A stretch of DNA of 64,000 nucleotides from Syntrophales bacterium (GCA_963668175.1 OY764159.1:2144001-2208000), one strand, 5' to 3'; numbered from the stretch's first letter, positions 1 through 9,167 are shown. Numbers and translations are program-made. The notes: generated by a model not told the origin, from the sequence alone.

Positions 1-1
1 T

Positions 2-892
2 GTTCGACATATCAAACAGGGCTATCTGAGCCAGTTTGATCGAAATGCGCCACAACCGACTCCGTTTGATGTTAAGTTCACCGATTCCGGCAAAACAGCC
101 ATCGTGACGGAAAACGGCAAGACATCCGTGTATAAGGCAGTTACGGGAAAGTCAAATACGACCTGGAAATATGTTCCGGTGGAGGGGGGCGGCATCGATG
201 CGGCGGTAGATGCCGGGATCTATACGGTCCAACGCGGCAATGTCCTTGGCGATATCGCAGCCAAATTTCATACCACCGTTCAACAAATCATGGAGGCGAA
301 TCCCGATATCAAGAATCCGGATTCGATCCGCCCCGGACAGCGAATCGTATTGCCGAAAAACGACCCCTCCGGCCCCGCCGACAACAAGAAGGACCCCGAT
401 CCCGACCGGCAGGGCGCGACAGACCGGGGAGGCGACAACGACCGGCAATCCCGGAACATCTCCCATGATGACGGATTTACAGTGATCGCCTCAAGCGGCG
501 GCCCGGATGTTAACGAAAACACAAGTGCTGCCGCTCCTGCCGCTGACGCGCCGGCCGGCTTTTCCGCCGATCCGTTGCGTCATGCGCTGGACGCGCTGGG
601 GGTGAAGCCCCGCGATGTGCAATTCACCCCGGCGGCGGACTACGGGAATATAAAACCGGACTCCTTCGATATGGTGGATAAGGGCACATCCGAAAAGATA
701 GGCTCTTGTTTGATGACTCCCGACGGCGGCGAGATGACCGCGGGCGACAGGAAGGTCGTGATGGACCGGATAAGCGGCAACGACATTCACCTGCAAACGT
801 ACGCCAAAAACGACGACGGAGAATATGAACTCGTTGGGACGACGCGAATCGGCGACAACGACGGGGTAACGGTGACAAGGCCGTTTGCATAA
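2..892 (+). CDS. LysM-containing protein with conserved C-terminal domain (putative effector 1); 5' end lies outside the window
   Basis: Frame is open from base 2 into ORF 104..892. LysM motif YTVQRGNVLGDIAAKFHTTVQQIMEANPDIKNPDSIRPGQRIVLP. C-terminal ~105 aa (572-892) is near-identical to those of 2594..3700 and 7897..9093. Confidence 0.85.
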   Translation, partial: VRHIKQGYLSQFDRNAPQPTPFDVKFTDSGKTAIVTENGKTSVYKAVTGKSNTTWKYVPVEGGGIDAAVDAGIYTVQRGNVLGDIAAKFHTTVQQIMEANPDIKNPDSIRPGQRIVLPKNDPSGPADNKKDPDPDRQGATDRGGDNDRQSRNISHDDGFTVIASSGGPDVNENTSAAAPAADAPAGFSADPLRHALDALGVKPRDVQFTPAADYGNIKPDSFDMVDKGTSEKIGSCLMTPDGGEMTAGDRKVVMDRISGNDIHLQTYAKNDDGEYELVGTTRIGDNDGVTVTRPFA

Positions 893-986
893 TATCGGCG
901 GGCCGACCAGCGCCGCGACGCGGCTGGGGGCGAAGCGGTCGCAACGGAAAGCAATGCCTGGGAAAGCGTCCCTGACAAGGGGACGG

Positions 987-1060
987 GTCCCCCGAATGGG
1001 GGAAGGTCCCCCGCATGGGGGAAAGTCCCCCGCATGGGGGAAAGTCCCCCGCATGGGGGA
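987..1060. repeat. Tandem array of four 19-bp palindromic units, GTCCCCCGCATGGGGGAAA
   Basis: Units start at 987, 1006, 1025 and 1044. Each forms a TCCCCC-N4-GGGGGA hairpin. Confidence 0.9.
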
Positions 1061-1113
1061 CGGTATCCTCAGAATTTCGTCAAAATTCCGACAACGGAGG
1101 TTAAAAGGTCAAT

Positions 1114-1815
1114 ATGGCGTCACATGATAACGATCCGGGAAGAAAGTACGGACGATCGAGGGAAGAAAGGGGCTGTGGATGCCGGGATGGCGGCGGCTCT
1201 CGTTCCGGCGGATGGCCTCGGTCGCAATTCGGGAAGACGATGCTGCGGGGCATGATCCTGGTCATCCTCCTCCTTTTCACACCGCAGGTCCTCATCGCCG
1301 GCGACATTGAGGATGGGTATGACGAAAACACGATCCGCCCGTCGGACATACCGGCCGACGCCCCCCGGTTTGAAGATTATCCGGCAAAGCTTTACACCGG
1401 GCGCAATGCGGCCCCGGACCTCAAAAGCCACCCGCAGTCGAGGCTGTATCGGACGCGGCTTAAAGAATGGTCGCGCGAGAAACCGAATTTCGCGGGGCAC
1501 TTCATCCTGGCCGCTTGGGGCTGTGGAACCGATTGCACACAGATAGCCATCATCGACGCGAAAACGGGGCGTATTTTTCATCCGCCCGGTGCAACTTACA
1601 ATGTCGCCGTTAACGTGCACGATGATCTGCTGCCAACTTGTGAGCATATTAGAGACAGCTGCGGATCCATTTTGCATCGTCCGGACAGCAGGCTTTTGGT
1701 TATGATCGGTCGGCCTGAAGATAGCGAAAGAGGAATCTGGTATTTTTTATGGGAAAAGAATCGCCTGGTTAAACTGCGTTTCATACCGAAACCCTACAAC
1801 TGGCATGATGATTAG
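1114..1815 (+). CDS. Secreted/periplasmic hypothetical protein (putative immunity protein, paralog A); alternative start at 1240
   Basis: Signal-peptide-like MLRGMILVILLLFTPQVLIA from 1240. PNFAGHFILAAWGCGTDC motif. Close paralog of 1856..2554. Confidence 0.8.
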   Translation: MASHDNDPGRKYGRSREERGCGCRDGGGSRSGGWPRSQFGKTMLRGMILVILLLFTPQVLIAGDIEDGYDENTIRPSDIPADAPRFEDYPAKLYTGRNAAPDLKSHPQSRLYRTRLKEWSREKPNFAGHFILAAWGCGTDCTQIAIIDAKTGRIFHPPGATYNVAVNVHDDLLPTCEHIRDSCGSILHRPDSRLLVMIGRPEDSERGIWYFLWEKNRLVKLRFIPKPYNWHDD

Positions 1816-1855
1816 GGCAAATTCACCAAGCACACGCTGATCATGGAGGAATGTT

Positions 1856-2554
1856 ATGGTATCGCATTATAAGAATCCGGGAATCAAGTGCGGACGATCA
1901 AGGAAAGAAAGGGGCTGTGAGTGCCCGGGTGGCGGCTCTCGTTCCGGCGGATGGCCTCGGTCGCAATTCGGGAAGACGATGCTGCGGATCACGATCCTGG
2001 TCATGCTCCTCCTTTTCACGCCGCAGGTCCTCATGGCCGACGACATTGCGGATGGGTATGACGAAAACACGATCCGCCCGTCGGACATACCGGCCGACGC
2101 CCCGCGGTTTGAAGATTATCCGGCAAAGCTTTATACCGGGCGCAATGCGGTGCCCGATCTCAAAAGCCACCCGAGGTCGAGGATGTATCGGACGCGGCTC
2201 AAAGAATGGTCGCGCGAGAAACCGAATTTCGCCGGGCGCTTCATCTTGGCCACTTGGGGCTGTGGAACCGATTGCACACAGATAGCCATCATCGACGCGA
2301 AAACGGGGCGCATTTTTCATCCGCCCGGTGCAACTTCCAATAGTGCCGTTAATGTGCACGATGCTCTGTTTCAACCCGGCAAGAGTATCTGGTACGGCTC
2401 CGGCGCTATCTGGTATCGGCTGGACAGCAGGCTTTTGGTTTTGATCGGCGGGCCTGAAGATAGCGAAAGAGGAATCTGGTATTTTTTATGGGAGAAGGAT
2501 CGCCTGGTTAAGTTGCGTTTCATACCGAAACCCTTCCACTGGAAAAATCCTTAA
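1856..2554 (+). CDS. Secreted/periplasmic hypothetical protein (putative immunity protein, paralog B); alternative start at 1979
   Basis: GGAGG RBS before 1856. Signal-peptide-like MLRITILVMLLLFTPQVLMA. Directly upstream of transglycosylase gene 2594..3700. Confidence 0.8.
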   Translation: MVSHYKNPGIKCGRSRKERGCECPGGGSRSGGWPRSQFGKTMLRITILVMLLLFTPQVLMADDIADGYDENTIRPSDIPADAPRFEDYPAKLYTGRNAVPDLKSHPRSRMYRTRLKEWSREKPNFAGRFILATWGCGTDCTQIAIIDAKTGRIFHPPGATSNSAVNVHDALFQPGKSIWYGSGAIWYRLDSRLLVLIGGPEDSERGIWYFLWEKDRLVKLRFIPKPFHWKNP

Positions 2555-2593
2555 CCCAAATTAACTGGACAATGTTAATCATGGAGGAATGTT

Positions 2594-3700
2594 ATGGCTT
2601 CGCATTACAATGATCCGGGAATCAAATACGGACACTCAAGGGAAAAAGGGGCTGTCGACGCCGATGTCGCGGAGAAAGTCAAACAGAAAATCGTCACCCA
2701 GGCCAGAGCCGCGCAGCGTCAGGGCGTCCCCATCACGCAAGACGATATCGCCAGGTTAGTGGCCTATGCTGATCTGGAATCAGGGTTCAATCCCGACGCG
2801 GCCAATAAGGACGAATCCCCATCCGGTGTGTTTCAAATTGCGGATGAGACCGCTAAAGACTTCTATAGTCGATTAAACGGTAAATCTTTGATCAACGGTT
2901 ACCAAGTTAAGGGCAATTACGAAGACTACAAGCGATTCGATCCCGATTCGAACATCGCCGTAGGTATCGGTGTCTACCTCGACAAGAAAAGGAAGGCGAA
3001 GTCCGACGATGTCAATAAAATATATAAACGTTGGAATCCAGGAGCCACACCGGCGGAGCAAAAGGCGCTACGGAAACTGTATGAAAAATACAAAAGCATG
3101 AAACTTTCCCTCGATGATTCCGGGAGCGACGCCGACAAAGTCGCCGAGGCGGCGGAGCGGGATTCCGGGCGGACAGCCCCGGCCGGGCAACCGGACGATA
3201 CGTATTCAACCGAAGACAGGAAGAGAAAAGACCTCGCTGCGGGAGACGACGCCGAAGCTGAGACGGCGCGAAGAGGCGACGATTCGGGCGAACGAGAGGC
3301 CGACGATTCCACGAACAATCAGGACGGCGCTTTCAAGGCTGCCGCGAACGGTTCCTCCCTCGGCATACCCGAAGCGCCATGGCGGCACGCGCTGGATGTG
3401 CTGGGCGTGAAGTTCGGCGATGTGCAATTAACCCCGGCGGAGGCGGACGAAGAGAACGAGACACCGGACTCTTTCGACATCAGAGATAACGACACAACGG
3501 AAAAAATCGGCTCTTATGCGGGAACACCCACCGGCTGCGAAATGACCGTGGGCGACAGGAAGGTCGTGATGGACCGGATAAGCGGCAACGACATTCATCT
3601 GCAAACATATGCGAAAAACGACGATGGAGATTTTGAACTCGTTGGGACGACAAGAATCGGCGACAACGACGGGGTCACGGTAAGAAGGACGTTTGTATAA
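2594..3700 (+). CDS. Lytic transglycosylase (SLT-like) domain + acidic linker + conserved C-terminal domain (putative effector 2)
   Basis: GGAGG RBS. LESGFNPDAAN (catalytic Glu), SGVFQI and FDPDSNIAVG motifs. No signal peptide. Shared C-terminal domain at 3377-3700. Confidence 0.85.
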   Translation: MASHYNDPGIKYGHSREKGAVDADVAEKVKQKIVTQARAAQRQGVPITQDDIARLVAYADLESGFNPDAANKDESPSGVFQIADETAKDFYSRLNGKSLINGYQVKGNYEDYKRFDPDSNIAVGIGVYLDKKRKAKSDDVNKIYKRWNPGATPAEQKALRKLYEKYKSMKLSLDDSGSDADKVAEAAERDSGRTAPAGQPDDTYSTEDRKRKDLAAGDDAEAETARRGDDSGEREADDSTNNQDGAFKAAANGSSLGIPEAPWRHALDVLGVKFGDVQLTPAEADEENETPDSFDIRDNDTTEKIGSYAGTPTGCEMTVGDRKVVMDRISGNDIHLQTYAKNDDGDFELVGTTRIGDNDGVTVRRTFV

Positions 3701-3797
3701 TATCGGCTGGCCGGTAACCGCCGCGAAGCAGGCAGGCGAAAAAGGGGGACCCGTGAAATCCGAAGGCCCGGACGGGTAGGGCGGGAAGGGAGGGCAG

Positions 3798-4007
3798 TTG
3801 GGCAAAACGCTGATAGGGAAGGATGAGATCAAGGCCTACACCCGCCGCTCGTGGCAGACGATCCAGGCCTGGATCGACACGGAGAACTTCCCGGCGCGGA
3901 AGATCGGGGGCATCTGGGAATCGAACAAGGACCTCGTGGACGAATGGCGCCGCAACAACATCCTCAAACGGCCGCTGGTGGGGAATTATCCAGATATCAT
4001 CAGTTGA
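3798..4007 (+). CDS. Small helix-turn-helix DNA-binding protein (AlpA/excisionase-like)
   Basis: LIGKDEIKAYTRRSWQTIQAWI...FPARKIGGIWES pattern typical of mobile-element HTH proteins. GGAGG precedes a TTG start. Confidence 0.65.
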   Translation: MGKTLIGKDEIKAYTRRSWQTIQAWIDTENFPARKIGGIWESNKDLVDEWRRNNILKRPLVGNYPDIIS

Positions 4008-4608
4008 TAACGCGTAAGCTGCTTTATTTGTCTAGTGTTGCGGGTAATCGGAAGCCTTTGAAAGCTCTTTGACCTTCCATAAGAAGTACAATTCATCTTG
4101 ACTGATCGTCTCTTTCTTGTCGCTCTTCGCCATGGTTTCTTCAATGACTTCCGCACCTATTTTAGTCGCTCCAAATGCAGCAGCGCCTGCCAGCGGCGTT
4201 GTAAAGATTCCAGTTAGAAAACCAACAGATATAGCACCCGTCCATCCTGCAATTTTGCGCACAACTCCCTTAAAAAGGGATTTATCAGCTTTGCTAATTT
4301 TAGCGCTCAGAGATGCTAAGCGTGGTTGAAGAATGTCCGCATAAACTGCTTGAGCATCTCTCTCTGTAAATGAGTCACCCGCTATCTTGTATTCTTCTAT
4401 CGCTTTGGTCAATGCTGCTCTGAACAAAATGAATGCTTCTTGTTCGCTATTTCGAAGTTTTATAAGGCTTTGTGCGTCAACAGATTCAACGAAAGGAAGA
4501 AGGCAGGTAAGATATTTTTGCATAAGCATTGTATGCCGCCTAGCTATCGGATCACCCGTTAAGTTCTTTATGAAATTAATTTCGAGATCACTATCAGTGG
4601 AGTTGCCC

Positions 4609-5457
4609 CTATTTCACCGGACACTGTTCTAACTTATTTTGATGTCTCCTATACTCCCTGGGCGACATCATTTTCAATCCCTTGTGCGGATGGTTTTCAT
4701 TGTAGTCTACGAACCATCCGGGCAGTTGCTTCATGACCGTTTCGGCATCAGTCAGGATATTCAGATGAACATAATCCCTCTTGAAGGTCTTGACAAAGGA
4801 TTCGGCCATGCCGTTCGATTCCGGGCTGTAGAACGGGGTCGTGCAAACCTCAAGCCCCATCATCTGCCCAAAGCTTTTCGTTTCCCTGGCGGTGTACGCA
4901 GGACCATTATCGCTCAGCCACTGGATTCTGTGAGGCAGCCGATTGATCATACCGAAACGGGCCTCAATGGCTTCCGCCATCAAGTCCCTGACCATGTCGC
5001 CGGATACGCCCCCTGTCGTGGCTACATAACTCATGATTTCCCTGTCGCAACAATCCATGCTGAACGCTACCCGGAGACGGTCCCCATTCCAGCAGGCAAT
5101 CTCAAACGCATCGGAACACCAACGAAGATCGCTCCGTCTCGTCGTGACCTTACCCTCGTGAAGCCTTGCCGGCCTACCCGTATGCCGCTGAAGAAGCAGA
5201 TTGTGCATCTTCATGAGACGATAAATCCGTTTGGGGTTAACTCCCGGATGCCCCTGACGTTCCAGAAACCTGTTGATTCTTGCCGTTACTCTCCGATAGC
5301 CGTAACTGGGACGATTATCAATAACCTGCCTGATCAGAAGAAGATATCTGCCATCGTCGCCTCTCCTGTAATGGCGGCTTCTCGAATCGGCTTCCTTCCC
5401 TTGCCTTTCGTACTGCCGGGAACGGGAAACGTCCAGCGTATCGACAACCGTCTTCAT
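4609..5457 (-). CDS. IS3-family transposase OrfB (DDE/rve core), probably fused to OrfA by -1 frameshift
   Basis: YGYRRV, WCSD, WLSDNG and SPESNGMAESFVKTFKRDY motifs. The -1 frame is open from the A8 run to the ATG. Confidence 0.93.
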   Translation of the reverse strand: MKTVVDTLDVSRSRQYERQGKEADSRSRHYRRGDDGRYLLLIRQVIDNRPSYGYRRVTARINRFLERQGHPGVNPKRIYRLMKMHNLLLQRHTGRPARLHEGKVTTRRSDLRWCSDAFEIACWNGDRLRVAFSMDCCDREIMSYVATTGGVSGDMVRDLMAEAIEARFGMINRLPHRIQWLSDNGPAYTARETKSFGQMMGLEVCTTPFYSPESNGMAESFVKTFKRDYVHLNILTDAETVMKQLPGWFVDYNENHPHKGLKMMSPREYRRHQNKLEQCPVK

Positions 5458-5831
5458 CGGGAATCGTCCTCCGGCAACAACGGCAACCGCGAGATCAGTT
5501 TTTTTTCACGGGCAATCCGGACAGCCTCTCTTAATATCTCCACCTCCATTGTCTTTTTGCCCAGAAGACGCTCCAACTCCCGGATCTGCTTCTTCAGTTC
5601 TCTGGCTTCCGATGCAGGAACGACGCCTTCATCTGCACCAACCGCCGACAGAGCCCCTTCTTCGGCAAGCCTGCGCCAGTGGAACAGTTGGTTCGGATGG
5701 ATGTCATACTTCCGGGCTACAGCCGAGATGCTCATTCCCGGCTGCTCCGCCTCCCGCACCGTCGACTTCTTCTCGGCAGCCGACCAGCGACGTCGCCTCT
5801 GTACACCGACGATCACTTCTACAGGAACCAT
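5454..5831 (-). CDS. IS3-family transposase OrfA (HTH)
   Basis: RRRWSAAEKKSTV...SISAVARKYDIHPNQLFHWRR, then leucine-zipper-like ELKKQIRELERLLGKKTMEVEIL. Confidence 0.92.
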   Translation of the reverse strand: MVPVEVIVGVQRRRRWSAAEKKSTVREAEQPGMSISAVARKYDIHPNQLFHWRRLAEEGALSAVGADEGVVPASEARELKKQIRELERLLGKKTMEVEILREAVRIAREKKLISRLPLLPEDDSR

Positions 5832-7186
5832 AAACACCTTCTTTCTGGTTGTAGTAATATCTCTATATCTATTCCTACAACTTATTTCCAGATTCAAAGT
5901 GTCCGGTTCAATTGGGGGCTACTTCAATCAGACAAGAATGATGTCTTCAGCAAATCAGCAACACCTAATTCAAAGGCGATATTGTGAATGAGCGGTGTGA
6001 AGGGTATGTTATGCGCCTTAAGCTTTTTAGCTTGATCTGTGGTTAGCTTAATTATTCCACATTTTTTGACCTGCTCTACAAGCCTTGGAGCTTTACTATA
6101 GATTTCGTCCTGGATAAGATAAGTATGACACCACAAACCATGAGGTAATATTGAATCTGGCCCAGAACTGATTAGTGTCATTTCGTCATTCTTATAAATG
6201 AGTGAGTATGCTACTTCCTTCAAAAACCTTCTACGTAACGCATCTGACAACACGTTATATCTTGGGTTCTTATCCTGCGATAGAGCATCTATACATAGAC
6301 AATGCGGACAAACATTGCCAAAAGAAACCATCTGGACTATGTCAGATTCAATTAAAGGCAGTAATTCACAAAATACAATCAAATCATCCAAGAATTTATA
6401 GCGGAAAAAGGCCTCTAAATTCGCTGGTTTTCTATCAGCATACGCAAGTAAGTCTGTAAAATAATTCTTGATGAAAACCTTATCACTGTATAAAGCGGCA
6501 AACTGTGTCAACTCTCTAATCTTTTCAATTCGGCATGAAGGACTGGAACATGGATATGAACTTCCACCCAAAGATGGCGCTGCGGCGTGAGAGAATATCG
6601 ACGGACTGGCATTTATATTGGTATAATGTGTTATATCGGTGGATTGTTGGCAAACATCAATAATATGGCTTGCCTTCAGTTTGCGAATATACTTTATGAT
6701 TGGTTTGCCATTTCTTATCAACCCGGCATTTTCAAACAAAGCCTTAAGAGGGTGTTCCATATTCTTTTATACCTATAAATTATTATCGTGACAGCCTCGT
6801 ATATGCCCTTTATTTACCAGCTGTTAACGGAACTATGAGGCAGTTTATTGTGTGTGTCAAGAAAAAATGGACGAAATTGCTAGAACTATCATTAGATATT
6901 TCGTCGCTTTAACATATTGAGTCCACGATAATTCCGGTACGCCTACATATTTTCCCCCTTTTCCCTCGGTCAGACACCGGCGGACTTGACGCTGGCGGCT
7001 ATCCGTCAAGCGCAATAAAAGGTCATTCTTCCGCTATACGCCCGAATCGGTAAATAATCATTATATAATACTATATTTATATTGCATTAGGCCGTTTATC
7101 GTTTATAATATCAGTATAATATCCTGACATGGCCGGATGGCGAGGGGGAGTTCGTAACCGTTTGATATTTTTATGCGAGGTGCATC

Positions 7187-7891
7187 ATGAATGAAAAGAG
7201 CCGTGAAGTAAAAAGAAGCGCCGCGACGATGAGCCGGAAGGACGATCGACCGGGCATCCGGTGCGCGACGATTCGATCCGCCTGCCTTCTTTTTATGGCC
7301 CTGTTCGTTTTGGCCTGGAGTCCGGGAGCATTCGCAGCGGAACCCGGCAGCCCCGCATTGTCCCAAGATAAGGAAGGTCAAGCCGCCGGGGAGAACGCAG
7401 GCGGGGAATTCAAAAAATATCGTGCCGTATTCAGCGAGCTGGTTTGCGGAGATGTCAAGGCATTGGCGGTAAGAATACGATCAGAGGAAGACAGCTTTCC
7501 TTTGATTGAAGCTGTTGACCAGAGAATATACTTTATCAACAAGACCGGCCGGATCAAGCTTGTCAAGGATTCATGGGATAACAAGTTGAATCGAAACAGG
7601 ATTAATTCTTCGGGATATATTTATCCCGCAGTATCCTGGGATTGTACGAGAGATAAGAGAGGAAAACCTTACATCATTATTTTCTCATGGTCCGGCGGTA
7701 ATTATCGGGGAGCCGAATGGACCGAAATCTATGATCTGGATGGCAGATTGGTGGCGAGCAACTATTCAGAAAAGATAAAGAATTTTCGACGCATCAATGA
7801 TTTGTTTGACAAGAAAATAGAAAAATTAGGAATTCGTTACGATTGGAGATCTGCAAAAAAAATCAGATTTAAAGAACAAGACGGGAGGTAA
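7187..7891 (+). CDS. Secreted hypothetical protein (putative immunity protein for 7897..9093)
   Basis: Hydrophobic signal CLLFMALFVLAWSPGAFA. Stop lies 5 nt before the next ATG, with that gene's GGAGG RBS at its 3' end. Confidence 0.78.
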   Translation: MNEKSREVKRSAATMSRKDDRPGIRCATIRSACLLFMALFVLAWSPGAFAAEPGSPALSQDKEGQAAGENAGGEFKKYRAVFSELVCGDVKALAVRIRSEEDSFPLIEAVDQRIYFINKTGRIKLVKDSWDNKLNRNRINSSGYIYPAVSWDCTRDKRGKPYIIIFSWSGGNYRGAEWTEIYDLDGRLVASNYSEKIKNFRRINDLFDKKIEKLGIRYDWRSAKKIRFKEQDGR

Positions 7892-7896
7892 GCTGG

Positions 7897-9093
7897 ATGC
7901 CGAAAGAAACAAATTACAATATCTTAATCGATAAAACGCCTGGCCGTTCTGCCGGGAACAGTCGAAAAGCAGGGGCTGCTCCATACGAAGTGAAGGTGAA
8001 AGCCGTGGAAGCGATCAGGAAGTATGCAGGTCTTTATGGATTCAATGAACATCAGACCAGCGAAGTCTTGAAAATCGTGGAACACGAATCTGGATTTAAT
8101 CCAGATGCTGCGAATCCAGACACAACTGCGTCCGGACTAGGACAGATGATGAATGACACGTTTGAGCAGTATGGGCCGCGTGGTGCGAATATTTTCGATC
8201 TGGATGCCAACGCAGAGGCAACAGTCAGATACTATCAACATTGCCTGAACAAAGCCGCAGAGAAAGGACTGACCGGAGAGAAGTTGGATACAGGTGCGTA
8301 TGCGTGTTATCATGACGGCCCGTGGAATTTTAAAGCCGGTAAGGATAAAAAAGGTGCGGATATTTATAAAAAGGTCATTAAAAAATTATCCGGTAAGCCC
8401 AAGGTTAGCAGTAACGAACGCTCCTCCAGCAACTCCGACAAGGTAGCCGAGGCGACGGAACGGGATTCCGAGCGGACAGCCGCGGCTGAGCAGCCGGACG
8501 ATGCTTATTCAACCGAAGACAGGAAGAGAAAAGACCTCGCGGGAGACGACGCCGAATCTGAAACGGCGTGGAGAGGCGGAAATTCAGATCGTCGAAGCAT
8601 ACCTAATTCATGGATAGCGGATGCCGGTAACGTGCTTTCAGATGTGTCCGGAAATGCTCTTCAAAGCGCCCTCCGCGAGGCAAGAAAGCCAACGGATGTC
8701 GAATCGGCCGCGAACACGATGACGCTTCGTGAGGCGCCGACCGATTTGCTTGCCGAACCGGGTTCTCCATTGCAGCACGTAATGGATGCGCTGGGGGTGT
8801 CGTCCGGCGATGTGCATTTAACCCCTGCGGAAGCGGACGATGAGAACGAGACACCGGACTCCTTCGATATTGTGGATAAGGGCACATCCGAAAAGATAGG
8901 CTCTTGTTTGACGACACCCGGCGGCTGCGAGATGACCGCAGGCGACCGGAAGGTCGTGATGGACCGGATAAGCGGTAATGACATTCACCTGCAAACGTAT
9001 GCCAAAAACGACGATGGAGATTTTGAGCTCGTTGGCACAACGCGAATCGGCGACAACGACGGGGTAACGGCAAGAAGGCCGTTTGCGGGTTAG
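7897..9093 (+). CDS. Lytic transglycosylase (SLT-like) domain + linker + conserved C-terminal domain (putative effector 3)
   Basis: HESGFNPDAAN, SGLGQM and AYACYHDGP SLT motifs. No signal peptide. Linker shared with 2594..3700. Shared C-terminal domain at 8767-9093. Confidence 0.87.
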   Translation: MPKETNYNILIDKTPGRSAGNSRKAGAAPYEVKVKAVEAIRKYAGLYGFNEHQTSEVLKIVEHESGFNPDAANPDTTASGLGQMMNDTFEQYGPRGANIFDLDANAEATVRYYQHCLNKAAEKGLTGEKLDTGAYACYHDGPWNFKAGKDKKGADIYKKVIKKLSGKPKVSSNERSSSNSDKVAEATERDSERTAAAEQPDDAYSTEDRKRKDLAGDDAESETAWRGGNSDRRSIPNSWIADAGNVLSDVSGNALQSALREARKPTDVESAANTMTLREAPTDLLAEPGSPLQHVMDALGVSSGDVHLTPAEADDENETPDSFDIVDKGTSEKIGSCLTTPGGCEMTAGDRKVVMDRISGNDIHLQTYAKNDDGDFELVGTTRIGDNDGVTARRPFAG

Positions 9094-9167
9094 CGAATGA
9101 GGCCGCTTCGTGATGCGATTACGAGAAGCGGTGCAGCGCACACAGACATTGACCGGAAGGATAACGC

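Larger units (their letters stand above)
4598..5926 (-). mobile_element. IS3-family insertion sequence, IS2-like, 1329 bp
   Basis: Imperfect terminal IRs TGGAGTTGCCCCTATTTCACCGGACACT and TGAAGTAGCCCCCAATTGAACCGGACACT. 5-bp target duplication ATCAG at 4593-4597 and 5927-5931. OrfA/OrfB with an A8 slippery run (T8 at 5499-5506 on +). Confidence 0.95.
4032..6760 (-). pseudogene. AT-rich hypothetical gene (464 aa when reconstructed) interrupted by IS 4598-5926
   Basis: Removing the IS and one ATCAG copy joins ...KTSFLSD in frame to SDLEINFIKNLTGDPIARRHTMLMQKY... (ORF 4032..4529). Confidence 0.9.

Noticed and set aside
987..1060. Mini-CRISPR
   Set aside because: Units are directly adjacent, with no unique spacers.
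1114..2554. Diversity-generating retroelement TR/VR pair (also considered for the moxR copy and PAN repeats)
   Set aside because: Differences are not adenine-specific and no reverse transcriptase gene is present.
4639..5991. 450-aa plus-strand ORF
   Set aside because: Antisense shadow of the IS3 transposase.
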